A stretch of 64,000 nt of DNA from the human T2T-CHM13v2.0 reference genome, Homo sapiens: NCBI RefSeq assembly GCF_009914755.1, contig NC_060948.1; one strand, given 5' to 3'. Positions 27,251-40,480 of the stretch are shown piece after piece. Below the pieces are notes generated by a model. That model was not told the origin of the DNA and made no database searches. It saw nothing but the letters and a program-made list of their open reading frames with translations. The stretch's first letter is position 1. Every line of letters starts with the position of its first letter. A program made the position numbers and the translations under genes.

Positions 27251-29724
27251 AGATTGTTACTTCATTTACTTCATCACTCTCTTCAAAATTACTTAACCTT
27301 CCCTATTTTTATTCTACATTTCATTAGAATTACTCTCACTAGTAATTACGTAACACTTCTGTGCCATGAATGCACCTCTACCCCCATAGATCATGTTCCA
27401 CAGCTCCAGGAGAAGGGTGGGCCCCCAGTGTACAAGAGTTGCTTCATACATTTAGTCATACATCCAGCTAAACTTGGGCTATCCATGAGTGGAAATCATT
27501 TCCATAGACACAGTTCAGTTTTAAGAAAAAAGCTAACTACTGAACTTAGAGAACAGACAAGCGTGCATTTGATAACTGATGTACCAATTACAATGTGCTG
27601 TGTGGAGGATACAAAATTACACTTCCACTAATGGACTAGTTAATATTTATGTTGCTTTCTTTAACCTTAGGGAAAGCCTCCTAGTTGCAGTTAAACTATT
27701 GTTTTTTAACATAAGACACAGGCTAACCTTATGTCTCCCGAGAAAATACTAAGGATTGTACTTTGTCAGAAGGTACATAAAGACAACTTTATTCAGCTGT
27801 GTATTTACTTAGTATCTTATCTATCACTGAACATTGTTTAGTTATTTATCTCAGGAATTTTTGTTGTTGTTGTTCTTCCAAAGAGACTCGCTCCAATGAT
27901 CATACTTGTTGAAGCAAATTGTGGTCTTTCATAGATGAAGTTCATATGCTGTGCAGTTGGTGACTCTCTGATTCTACGGAGGCTAACTGAAGCCTAGCCT
28001 AAGTGTGAATGAGACCCTCAACTGGGGAATGATGGGGATATCAAAGAACACTCTGGGTGAGGGCAGCTGGCTGTCATATAGGGAAAGGGTTTTTAAAAAA
28101 TTACATTGAAACATTTCTCTTCTTGGCTCCACCCACTGGGAATCAATGTAAAAACATTCTGGTAAGCTAAGTTTTTTAAAGTCTAATATCCTAAAATAAG
28201 GGTCGAATTTGCCATCTGAAAACATTTTATGGAAAATACAATAGAAGTTTGCTGGAGAACAAAGCAGGCGGTGAGTGTGCAGCTGGAGTGGAGATAAGCT
28301 GCTGCAGAGCCTCTCTAGACAAAAGAGCCATAGATTGTCCTCCATACTTTGATGAAAGGGTGGAGCCCTGTGATACAGGAGTTGCTCCATACGGTCTGTC
28401 ATACATCCAGCGAGGTTCGAGCTATGAATGAAAGCTTTTCCCTTGAGAGAGATTAGGATTTTTTTTTAAGGCTAACTACTGAACTTTGAGAACAGACAAA
28501 TGAGCTTTGCATTATTGATGCAACGTGCTGTTCAGAGGGTACAAAATTCCAAATTCATTAATGGACTAAATATTTTTGTTACTTTTCTTCCTTAGGGAGA
28601 GATTCCTAGTTGAAGTTAAAACATTCCTACTCTTTCTTGTCTTAGAGAAAACCTTCTTATGTTTCTGTACAAACTAAATTTTCACTTTCATATTATGACA
28701 ACACCATGTTAGTTGTGTCACAGTATCCATGTATTGCAGAGTAGTAAAGTGTTAAGCAGAAAAATGCACCAGTGTGGTACCCACAGAAAGATGGTGTCTG
28801 GACACTCGGTAGTTTCTGGAACTCAGAACTGACAGACAGGGAATGCTGAAGTGACTGAAAGTTTGAAGAGTGCAGGGACAGCATGGGCAGAACAGAAATT
28901 GATAGTGTCTATGTCCACGCCAAAGAAGTATTCTAGGAATTTTCCAGCTATAGCAAGAGCACAAACCTCGATGTGTGCATATTATCTGGATTATTTTTGG
29001 AGCAGGAAAGTAGATAACCAACTTAGTGCTAACATAGATGTGCTCAGGGGAACCAAATTACAAAACTGATCTCACCCTATTCCTCTTGCATTAAATAACC
29101 TTCCAGAGATATCACTTACAAGATCCAAGCTTTTTCAACTTATCTTTCTTCATAATCTTCTCCTATCTATCAGCTCTCAGTTCTACACTTGTGCCCCAGT
29201 GCCCTTCTTCATGCCAGCACACCCGCAATGCTTTCCTCTGCAGCCCACGTTGGAAGTCCCACTCAATGCTCCACTTCCCTTCCAGCTCCTTCAAAGTACC
29301 AGTCACACAGAAAAATTGGCATTTAACTTTAATAATATACACATAGGAAGTGTATTACTAGTTTCTACGTCACATTCACCATCTTGAAGAAAAGGTTATT
29401 TTCAGCGTACCACTGTTGTTCAGCTGAGCCATGACTTCCCACTGTCAGTCATCCTACTGCTCTTGGCTGGCTTGCATCACAGCCCTCTGAATTATATGTT
29501 CACAGAGGCCAGAACCAACAATATTAAAAAATACATGTTTGCTGAAATTACTCTCAGATTTGTAGATGAGTATGTACCTTTTTCTGCTCCCAAAGCTCCG
29601 ACATTTAGTGTGAGTTAAGCTGAGTGCTGTATAACAGGTTAGGATATCATACAAATTTGCACACTACCAATAGAGAAAACAGGACAAAAACAGTTGTAGT
29701 GGGCAGCACTTTAAATAGTAGGTT

Positions 29725-29996
29725 GGAGGGCTGTTCGTGGGGGCTTATGCCAGTAATTGCAGGACTTTCAGAGGCCAAAGTGAGTAGATCATGAGGATAG
29801 GAGTTCCAGAACTGCCTGGGAAATGTGGTGAAACCATGTCTCTACTAAACACAAAAATTAGTCAGGCATTGTGGTGGGTACTTGTAACCCCAGCTACTTG
29901 GGAGCCTGAGGCAGAGAATTGCTTGGTCCCAGGAGGTGGAGGTTAAAGTGAGCCAAGATCACGCCACTGCACTCCAGCCTGGATGACAGAGAATAG

Positions 29997-30074
<78 letters not shown>

Positions 30075-30505
30075 CTATATATACATAGATACATACATAT
30101 ACACACATTATGTTATATATTGTGTATATCTATATGGGGCACACACACACACATATATATAAACACACATACATACACACAAACACATATATTAGACCGA
30201 ATGCAGTGGCTCACACCTGTAATCCCAGGGGTCTGGGAGGCCAAAACTGGTGGACCACAAGGCCAAGAGTTCAATATCGGCCTGGACAATATGGTGAAAC
30301 ATTGTGTCTACTATAAAATGAAAGTTAGCCAGGTTTGGTGGCAGGCACCCATATTTTAAGCTACTTGGGAGTCTGAAGCAGGAGAATCACTTTTACTTGG
30401 GAGTCGGAGATTGCAGTGAGCTAAGATCATGACACTGCACTTCAGCCTGTGTGACAGAGTAAGACTCCATTACAAAACAAACAAGAAGGACAAAACAAAA
30501 CAAAA
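29725..30505 (+). mobile_element. Two tandem Alus separated by (AT)n(CA)n microsatellite
   Basis: Alu bodies ~29725-30000 and ~30195-30505. Confidence 0.85.
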
Positions 30506-31204
30506 AAGAAGGACATCAAACTACCACAATCTTGAACAAACGTCTTTATTGAAGAAATCTAATAAATAAAGTAAAAATGATGGTAACAATTTAACACAAG
30601 GACACAAGAAAAAGCTTAGAATTATTTACTGAAAGGCAATTAAGATTGGAACTAAATCATTGAAGTTCTCATCAGTATCACAGATGGTATTACCTGCTTT
30701 TCAATGAACATTAATGAATTTATACTAAGATCTTATCCTGGGAAAAAAGAAATCATTCTCACCCTTTTCTGTTTTATTGTCTTATCCTCTCAAAGTGCTG
30801 ACATTACAAGCATGCCCAGGCATATTCCAAATGTTTTATAAAACTTCTGCCACTTCCTCCACCTTTTCTTCACCAAAAAAACAAGTATTACTTAGAATTT
30901 CAATATATAATACAAATAATACAACTGTCATAACTGAAGCACCTGTGTTGATATCAGTACGTACTCATGGTCTGGATTTTTTCAAAGATACTAAGCACTG
31001 AAGAAGTGTCTTTTTGGCTTCTTGAGTACTGCTGTGTATACTACTATACATTTTTATAGTATCTCTGCATGCATAAACATGTTAATATGAATATACATGC
31101 TATCATATTTTCTTCCCCACTGCAGAATAGTATTGTTTTGAATCTGTCTACCAAATCTACACTGACATTTATTTTTGGGTAGTTACATAAAGATAAACCT
31201 ATCT

Positions 31205-31535
31205 GGGATAGGCATGGTGGCTCATGTTTGTACTTCCAGAACTTTGGGAGGCTGAGGTAACTGAATCACTTGAGATCAGGAGTTGCAGACAAGCCTGACA
31301 GACTTGTAATAGATGTAGTAGGCTTAGGTCTCTAATAAAAATATAACAAAGTACAAAACTACCTGCCTACTAAAAATACAAAAATTAACCAGGAATGATG
31401 TTGGGCACTTGCAGTGCCAGCAAATCAGGAGACTGAGTTGGGAGAGTCTCAATGGTTGCAGTGAGCCAAGATTACAACCTTGAGCCTATGCGACAGATTG
31501 GAGACTCCGTCTCAAAAAAAAAAAAAAAAAAAAAG
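31205..31535 (+). mobile_element. Alu (diverged, internal insertion)
   Basis: GGCATGGTGGCTCATG...GAGACTCCGTCTC-poly(A). Confidence 0.8.
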
Positions 31536-31993
31536 GAGTGGACCATCCGTCTTTAGTGACTATTTGGTCACAGAAAAATCAATTCCTGCCAGTTTATGAT
31601 CTTTGTTAACAGAACATTAACTTATTTGTAAAGTAGATGGAAACATCTTAGATTCAATTATGAAGTAGTTTTCCCTGATATAGGCTGCTTCCTTGGCCTC
31701 TTTAGGGTTCCCTAATAGTGTCAGCAATGAACACCAAAAGGGGAAGAATGAAAACAATTTATTTTCACAACCATTCATAATAACTACCATGAGTTGTGTT
31801 TCTAAATACCTATTCAACTGTCTGTGAAGACTCACTTGCCATAAGAGTTGCCAGAGATACCTCTGATATGGAAAAGTTTGTCTGAAAGGTAAACATACAG
31901 CCAAAGGAAATTATGTTGATAGGCCAGTTTCCTGACAAAGATCAAATTCATTTTGTAATTGTCAGATTTAAAAAATTATAGTAAATATCATAC

Positions 31994-32079
31994 TTTTATA
32001 TGTAAATGATAAACACCAGCAAAGAAGTGCTTTATTTCATCTTCTTGCCTTATGTCATGAAGCATAATAAATCTCATAT
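31994..32079 (-). pseudogene. TRAPPC2: TRAPPC2 pseudogene exon 5 homologue
   Basis: 86 bp, [29 protein letters not shown] versus [31 protein letters not shown] acceptor, GT donor. Confidence 0.93.
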
Positions 32080-32519
32080 GTAACATAATTAAGGCAAAAT
32101 CTTTCACAAAAATAAAAAACAAAAAGAAATCAGTTCCTTGATGCAATAGTCTTCAAATTAGAAACACACAATATATTAGTGATGAAAGAATTGAATACAA
32201 AACTGGGTTTAAAATTAGCTTAGTTTTATCGTAAAGAGAAAATAAACTTTCAAAGTCAGAAAATAACTATAAAATAAAGTTAAATAACTTGTGATATGAT
32301 TCAGATAAACTTTTTTGTGGTATGAAACTTAGTTTTATAACTAGCTGTTTTACAATATGTCCCGTTCCCCAGTAAAATAAATGTAGCACCATAAATGATA
32401 ACTTTTACTTTTATACCTGACTGCGAAGTCTGCAGACTTGGAGCATGGCATCTCTGTTCCATGTTCTTCTAGTTTGTGAACCCAAACTTTAGTTATCTTT
32501 ACTAAAAATGTCAGGATAT
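32080..32519 (-). other. U12-type AT-AC intron fossil (TRAPPC2 intron 4)
   Basis: 5' end ATATCCTG (32519-32512), branch-like GCCTTAAT (32095-32088), terminal AC (32081-32080). Confidence 0.88.
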
Positions 32520-32664
32520 GTCCTGCAGTGTTGAATGCTGACACAAATCCCTCATTGATCTTGTCCACAGTTTTCAAGTACATGTTGCTCAACAGCCACA
32601 TGTTCTCATCTATGAGGTTGACAGCAGCATGAACTACGAACTCGTTCAGATCATGATTATTGTC
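32520..32664 (-). pseudogene. TRAPPC2: TRAPPC2 pseudogene exon 4 homologue
   Basis: 145 bp, [48 protein letters not shown] versus [50 protein letters not shown] acceptor. Confidence 0.93.
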
Positions 32665-33334
32665 CTAGATGACAGTGTGAGAAACAATGGTTTAACATTT
32701 TCATATGGCATGAAGAATGCTGACATTACATTCTGTAAAGTGTGTAGGTTCTTTCTTTGTGGAGGAAAAAAACTGTTTGCTTTTTGTTTGTTGTTGTTTC
32801 AAGAGAAATATAAGAGATCTGTTTTCATGTTCTATTTTATTTTTAAATTTGATATCTAAATCTCAAAGAACAGAAACAGTCAACTAATAAACAAAACGTG
32901 TGTATAAGTATATATCCTGTGAAGAAAAGGTGCCATTTACAGCAGGTCTCAACATCTAGGAGGAAGCTAAGAAAGCCAGGCCTTTTGCAAAGTAGCACCA
33001 TGTAAGCAGTAGAGACAGTTGAAATGGCACTTGTAATGGCTACAAGAAGCTTCTTTCCAGTGCATGGAGCTTACATGCAAGTGGGTCCTGGGAGTAGCTG
33101 GAGATGATGCTAAGCCACAGCTGCAAGCAGTTGTGTTTGTCAACAGCAGGACACAGTTCTGTCAGAGCTGCTAGTGTCCTTTACCTTTGCTGAAATGGCT
33201 AAACTGAACAGAAGGTGGGACTGTCTGATTATCATGAAAAGAGGGTATTCACCACCTGGAACGCAATCTTACTCCAATGTAAGACTGAAATAAGAGTTTT
33301 TGAAGGACACCTCACTTATGGCTTGAAGTTTATC

Positions 33335-33730
33335 CTCTCAAAATGTTTTTGGTGAAGTCTTCAGTGACAGTACCTCAGAATGTGACCTCATTTGGAAAAA
33401 GGGTTGTTGTAGATGTGGTTACTGTGTTTACATTGCAGTAGGGTGAGTCTCTAATCCAACCACTGCTGTATTTAAAAAAGGGAAAATTTAGAGATGCACA
33501 CAAGAAGAAAAATGCCACATGAAGACTGGAGTTACATTGCCACAAGCCAAGGAACTTCCAAAAGCTGGGAGAGAGGCCAAACAGATCCCGGTCTTGCTGC
33601 ATGCATAGGGAACAGGGCTCCACTGACACCTTGATTTCAGACAGCGGCCCTCAGAAGTGAGATAACCAATTTCTGCTGTCCAAAGCCATTCCGTTGCTGG
33701 TACTGAGTTACAGAAGCCACAGGAAACCGG
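33335..33730 (+). mobile_element. MLT1-type MaLR LTR
   Basis: CAGTACCTCAGAATGTGACCTCATTTGGAAA, CACAAGCCAAGGAAC and CTGACACCTTGATTTCAGAC motifs. Confidence 0.75.
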
Positions 33731-35018
33731 GACAGGCTCTTTGCTGAAGAGGTTGTTCCCATTCCTGGGGTGGATGAAGGTGGCTTGTTGCATTGAAATC
33801 CCCTGCACTATAAAATCATGTTTTACTTCACTCATGTTGCCATGAAAAAGCTAAGGGGATCCTTAAAAGAATGCATTTTTCTCTTTCTGGCTCACAGCAG
33901 TGTTTTTCTTTACAATGATCATCAATCCTGAAGGATTAGGAGAAAACTGTGAAAATGCCTTAACAAGATGAGCTGTAGCAGGAGAAAGAACTAAAATCAA
34001 CTTATGCAACAAAGTATTTTTATGTGTGCTCCTTGTCCATCACAAGGCCAGTGGAGTGCACAGAAGCTATATATAAATAATGGCATCCCAGAAAGCAATA
34101 CTACTACAAGTATTCAAAACGAGTTTTAATGATTAGTGTCCTCAACTTAGGAGAAAATAATGTTGCAACAACATCTGGCAGATAATCCCAACTATCATAT
34201 TTTGGTGACAAGACCTAAAGAGTTGAAAAGTATGACACAGTGAACATTATACATTACAATTAACTTAAACCATTAACTCCTTGAAAGACATCAAAGAAAA
34301 TTTGGGGCATTGATAGAAACAGACCAACCGAGCCCACAAATTATTAGAAACATAAATAGGAAATGACTGCGTACTTCTCATGTGAAAACTCTAAAGTCTG
34401 TTTATTCTGAATGGCAACATGGTCTCTGACCAAGCCTGGTTTTTGAACCATTCTTGATGAGAAAGGTGAGTGTCATCACCTCTGGTGCTGCTTTTGAGCT
34501 TCCTGTGCATTGCCATGGTGTCGCTAGGGAGGGAAGCATGCATGCACAACCCATCCCGGAAGTGCTGCTGAAGGTAACTAAGGGTCTTTTTTTTTTTTTT
34601 TTTTTTTACCCAGTATTTCCTCATGAAAGACATATTCATGAAAACTGCCCGGACTTTCATGGCTGGCATTTCAAGGTAGCAACCCACTACAGGTGAACTA
34701 CATGTTTGAGTGCGTAAGCAGCAGCAATTCATAGTGTGTGACATATGAACTGAATATCATAGGAATGCCAGAGGTCATGCTAGTCTATGCTGAATTGAAG
34801 GATAAATAAAACAACTCCAAAGGTATTCCCTGGCTGGCTTCTATCCATCTGTGTGTGCTATAAATATAAATTTTTACAAATGCAAGAGACTATGATATGC
34901 CTCTTGAAACACCAATTTATAGACAGGAAGTTTTGTATTCTGGAAAAGATGGAAGAAATAATCCATAAGGAAATACAATCTGAGGCACTGGAGATTTTGC
35001 AATGAAGTTTAACAGATT

Positions 35019-35317
35019 GGGCCAGGTGTAGTGGCTCATGCCTGTAATAGCAGTGCTTTGAAGGGTGAGGCATATGGGCTGCCTTAGCCCAGGAGTTTGA
35101 GACCAGCCCAGACAGCAGGATGAAACAAGGAATACACCTATACAAAAAATACAAAAATTAGCAGAGCATGGTGGTATGTGCCTGTAGTCCCAGCTACTCT
35201 GGAGGCTGATGGCAGAGGATCCCCTGAGGCCAGTGGGGGTCCAGGTGGCAGTAAGCTCAGACACAACCACTGCACTCTGTCCTAAGGGACAGAATGAGAC
35301 CCTGTCTTGAAAAAAAA
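35019..35317 (+). mobile_element. Alu (AluJ-like)
   Basis: GGCCAGGTGTAGTGGCTCATGCCTGTAAT...GAGACCCTGTCT-A tail. Confidence 0.85.
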
Positions 35318-36964
35318 TTCTAAAGACTGGCAAAAGAAATAGAACTATAAGAAACTGGGGAAAAATATAAGGTATTTCATGGTTTCTAGAACCGATAGTA
35401 ACTGAAATAGAGATGAATCATGGATGGGTAGGAGTGTGGATGGATATAGACCATGGTAACCCCAAAGTGTGTATTTTAACACAGGGGTTTTGTAGTCAAA
35501 CAACGTTAAGTTTAAGTCTAGCTCCTATACTTACTGGCAATTTGAGCACAAGCAGCCCTCAAACTCCTAATGTTGGTTTTCTCCTCTGTAAAATAGTGGT
35601 AACTTTGTAGCCCCTCATGGTGCATTTATGAAGGTTACACAATCTAATGTACATAAAGTAGATGACACAATTTCTGACTCAAAGTATGTGCTCAATTAAT
35701 GTTATCTAGAATAACCTGGAAGGCCATATGCACACTGGGATGTGGTGACTACTAACTTCTGAACATGGGGTGGAAACCGAATAAACCAGGACTTAGTCAA
35801 TATCCTGCAACTTACAATTGAGGTGTCTTAGAAGCCTAGACTCATCAAGATTCACTGGGCCTTCTCCTGATTCACATACACACAATGAAATCAGAAGAAA
35901 CCTGATACGTACTTGCTAATGAATGGCATATAATAATGTTATGAAAGAAATCAAGACACTGCTGGCACTTTTCACTTTAGAATTGGAAGGCTATACATGT
36001 GGAAGGAAAGGCAGATAGAAGAGTCTTGGTATGGTGAGGTAGGCTTAAAATACTATTTGAGGTGGGGGAATGTAGCCTTACACACTTTATTGCTACCATC
36101 TAAGGCTGCTTTCATTCTTCAATGGCGGAGTTAAGCACCTGCAACAGAGACCAGTTGTCCCACAAAGCCAACAATATTCACTATCTGATTCTCAAAAGAA
36201 AATATGTGAGGCTGTTTCAGGAGAAAATTGAGAAAGAAATTAAGATAGAAAACGTGGTTAACAAAGATGAGCAGAAATGACACAAAAGCTTTGCAAAACT
36301 AGATGAACTGGCCATAATTCTCCAGAGAAGGTAATGGAAGAAAGTATGGGGAGTTGAAATTTGAATAAAGTAGACAATGATATCATGAATTTTTGCTGCA
36401 TTAGATTTCAAAAATGAGGTGGTCAACAGAAGGGCTTGTTATTTTCTTCAACATTTAAGCAGCAGCAGCAAGAAAAAAAGCAAAAAGAAATGTGTGTGTG
36501 TCTCAGTTTCAGTGTGTGTGTGTTTGAGTGTGTGTGTGTGTGTGTGTGTGTGTGTTTACATTTAAGGGAGATAACATGCATCTCTACACTCACTTCTATA
36601 GGGAAAGCCACAAATGGGTGAGAAGCATGATGCTAAGTCAGCAGGAAGACAGACAGAAAGGGAACCAAAAGGCTAATTGAGGGGGCTATTACCAACTACC
36701 CAGATGGCAGAAGATAAGACAGCACTTTGTTTATATACATCCTGTGCTTGAGTTGAGCTGCCAATTTGGTTTTGGTTTTGTAAACAGCTGAAGAAGCAAG
36801 AAGGGCTGTAATTTTTCATTTACTTCCACCAAGGAAAAACTGACACAGTGAGAGAATTGAAAACTCTAAGAGAAAAGGACCCAGTTGCCTTGGGAAGGGA
36901 ATAGCTGCAATCATGTACCAAATACTTGAAGGTGTCCGGAAAAGGTAAGACATACACTAGGATT

Positions 36965-37393
36965 CTGCACTGTCCAATCTGTGAGACTTTCTGCAAGGAT
37001 GCAAATGTTCTACACTTGTGCTGACCAATATGGGAGCCAGTGAGCATTATAAATGGGGCTAGTGTGACTGTAAAACTATTTTTTAATTTAATTTTAAATG
37101 AACAATAATAGCCACATATGGCTAGTAGTTATGGTACTAGACATCACAGTTCTAGATCAGTGATTCCAAGATGGTGGTATGATCTTTGCTTACTGCAACC
37201 TATACCCACTGGGTTCAGGAAATTATCCTGCCTCACCCTCCTGAGTAGCTGAAATTATAGGCATGCACCAAGAGGCAAGGCTATGTTTTGTATTTTCAGT
37301 AGAGACAGATTTCAAACTCCTGGCCTCAAGTGATCTGCAGAACTCAGCCTCCCAAAATGCTGAGATTACAGGCCTGAGCCACCGGGCCAAGCC
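36965..37393. mobile_element. MER3-like element (36965-37150) followed by a minus-strand Alu fragment (37170-37393)
   Basis: CTGCACTGTCCAAT...GGCTAGTGTGACTG...AGCCACATATGGCTAGT; antisense Alu motifs. Confidence 0.65.
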
Positions 37394-37709
37394 CAATTCC
37401 AAACATTTTATAAAGTTCTGTGACTTCCTCCACCTTCTTTTCACCCACAAAGCAAGTACTACTTAGAATACCAATATATAATACAAACAAAGCAATTGCC
37501 ATGACCCAAGTACCTGCATTGGCATGAGTGCATATTCATGGTCTGCTTGATTTTCCCATTGCCTTAAATAAGAGCATTTGAAGCCTCTCCAAGGAAGGGT
37601 TGGCCCAGAGATGTTGAGGAGAAAGCTACAGAGAATTTGAGAATAGGTTAATTTGAAAAATTGTGGACAAGAGAGGGGTCTAGGATAATTTCCAAATGCC
37701 TATCTGAAG

Positions 37710-38210
37710 GGAACAAACAGAATAGTGGTCCTTCTTCTAAGACATCCTCATCCAAATCTATGGAACTTGTGAGTATGTAAGGGCTCATGGCAAAGAGGAA
37801 TTAAAGTTGGTCAACAGCTGACCTTAAGATAGGAAGATTGCCCTGGACCATCCAGGTGGACCCAATGCTATTACAAAGGCCTTAAAAAAGAAGATGAAAG
37901 CAAAAAAAAGGAATGTCAGAGGAAAGTGATGGAAGAATGGTCAAAGCAATGTGATGTTGAAGGGTTTGAAAATGGACAAAGGGAGCACAACGAATGAATG
38001 CAGGAGCCCCCTAGAAACTGGAAAGCACAAAGAAACAGATTCTTCCCAAGAGCCTCCAAGGGGAACTCAGTGCTTTGGACACTTTGAATTTAGCCTATAA
38101 AAGGCCAGCATTGGATTCTTATGCTACAAAATTGTAAGATGATACGTTTTTCTTGTATTAAGCTACTGAATTTATAATAATTTGTTACAAGGGCAGTAGA
38201 AATCTAACAT
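37710..38210 (+). mobile_element. MLT1D-like MaLR LTR
   Basis: CATGGCAAAGAGGAATTAA, CAGCTGACCTTAAGATAGG, CAGATTCTTCCCAAGAGCCTCCA and AATTTGTTACA motifs. Confidence 0.75.
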
Positions 38211-39066
38211 AGGACAAAGCACACACACAAGAAAACACACAGATATGGGAGAGAAGGAAGGAAATTTAAGGAAGCTTCAGCAAATGAGTAGAAGGCACAT
38301 TCCATGAAGAGACTGGATACAAAGGGAATTCATCTGCTGGGGCAATGGGTTTCAAGGCACTGTGGAAAAGGTGTGGTACAGAGTCAATAATGCATCAAGG
38401 TGAAAACATTTGGAGAAATTTGGGGATGAGAGTGTGAGAAAGAACATGGGCTGGGTCTTCTCCACTTCTCCACCTTCCAACCTCTAACACAGAAACTGAT
38501 ACACAGTAGGTGCTCAGTGCTTGCAGAATAGAACTGGAGTGTGGGGGAAGGGGCTTCAGGTTAGACAGTGTTGTCAGAGTATCCTGAAATTCAAGAGTGA
38601 CAGACATGGGGGGATTTCAGTGTTAAGTAGCCTCAACAGTGCAAAGAACCTTCTGAAAGTTTCAGTGCTGAGGCCTCAGTGGTTTCAAAGGCTCCATGAT
38701 GAAGTCTTGTTCAGGTGGTCAACATCACCTTTGTGAAAACATAATCGAGATTTTTTTAAGGTACTCATGAAGAAATCTTCCACGACAAGAAATTCATCTT
38801 GGTGACTGATTAGAGGGAGCCAGGAATCTCACTTACGGTGAAAAGAGCAACTCTCCGGTTGATTAGGGCAACCTCGTCTTTTAAGAGGGAAAATGCTAAA
38901 AAAATCCAGTTGGTGATAAAGAGAGCTCTCTGACTACCATAAATTTGAAGAGTCCACATACAAGATGTCAGAAGTAGGAAACTAGCTAATAATGAACATA
39001 AGCATAGGACCAGAAATCAGTGTGCCTATCATCAGAAAGGCAGAGACCTACAATGAGCTGAAGTGT

Positions 39067-39099
<33 letters not shown>

Positions 39100-39524
39100 C
39101 CATATATACCCATATGTGTATATATATCCATATTATCCATATATATATCGATATATATGCATATATATCCATATCTATCTATCTATATATATATATGTAA
39201 AAAAGAGGCTTCTTAGGCTATGATAGGGAAAAATAAGAGCCAAGGATCAACTGCTTTGAGCACCTGGTACACACTGAAATAATAGAGGCTACCAATCTGC
39301 TTGATTTCTTCTTTCTCTGCTAGAAAATAAATAAAATAAAATAAAATAAAATAAAATGAATAAAAAATCAATATTTTTTTGTTCTGTATTGCATTAGTAA
39401 TCTAGGTACACACAAAAAAATGAAGTTACAGCATTTTGAATTTTATTAGTAGCCATAAATATTGAACTATATATGGAGAAACGAGTGATATATTTTTTAA
39501 AACACACTTGGGAGCCTTTAACAT

Positions 39525-40480
39525 GTTTTTGTTCTTATTTTACTTAGAGTCCTGGGATACATGTGCCGAATGTCCAGTTTTGTTACATAGTAATACCTGT
39601 GCCATGGTGGTTTGCTGCACCTATGAACCCATCATCTATATTTTAATCCCCACATGCATTAGGTATTTATCCTAATGTTCTCCTTTCCCTTGCCTTCCAC
39701 ACCATGACAGGCCTCAGTGTGTGATGCTCCCCTCCCTGTGTCCATACGTTCTTATTGTTCAACTCCCACTTACTGGTGAAAACATAGAGTGTTTGGCTTA
39801 CTGTTTCTGTGGTAGTTTGCTGAGGATTATGGTTTCCATCTTTATCCATGCTCCTGCAAAGGACCTGAACTAATCCTTTTTATTGGTGCCTAGTATTCCA
39901 TGGCATATATGTGTCATGTTTTCTTTATCTAGTCTATCATTGATGGGTATTTGGGTTGATTTCAGTCTTTGTTATTTTAAATACTGCTGCAGAAAGTATC
40001 ATAATGGTGCACAGGCAACCTACAGAAAGGGAGAAAAAATTTGCAATCTATCCATCTGACAAAGGTCAGGATATACAAGGAATCTATCCAGAATCGACAA
40101 GGAACTTAAATTTACAAGGAAAAAGCAAACAGCCCCATCACAAAGTGGGCAAAGGATATGAACAGACACTTCTCAACAAAAGACATTTATGCTGCCAACA
40201 AACACGAGAAGCAGCTCATCATCACTGGCCAATAGAGAAATGCACATCAAAACCACAATGAAATACCATCTTAGCTCAGTTAGAATGGCAACCATTAAAA
40301 AGTCAGAAAACAACAGATGCTGGCAAGGATGTGTAGAAATAGGAAGGCTTTGACACTGTTGATGGCAGTGCAAAGTTTCTCAATCATTGTGGAAGAGAGT
40401 GTGGTGCTTGCTGAAAGATGTAGAACCAGAAATACCATTTGACACAGCAATGTCATTACTGAGTATACGCCCAAAGGATA
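39525..40480 (-). mobile_element. L1PA insertion with 5' inversion (twin-priming structure)
   Basis: 39525-39990 is an L1 3' end on the minus strand; 39991-40480 is the adjacent upstream ORF2 segment on the plus strand. Confidence 0.8.
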
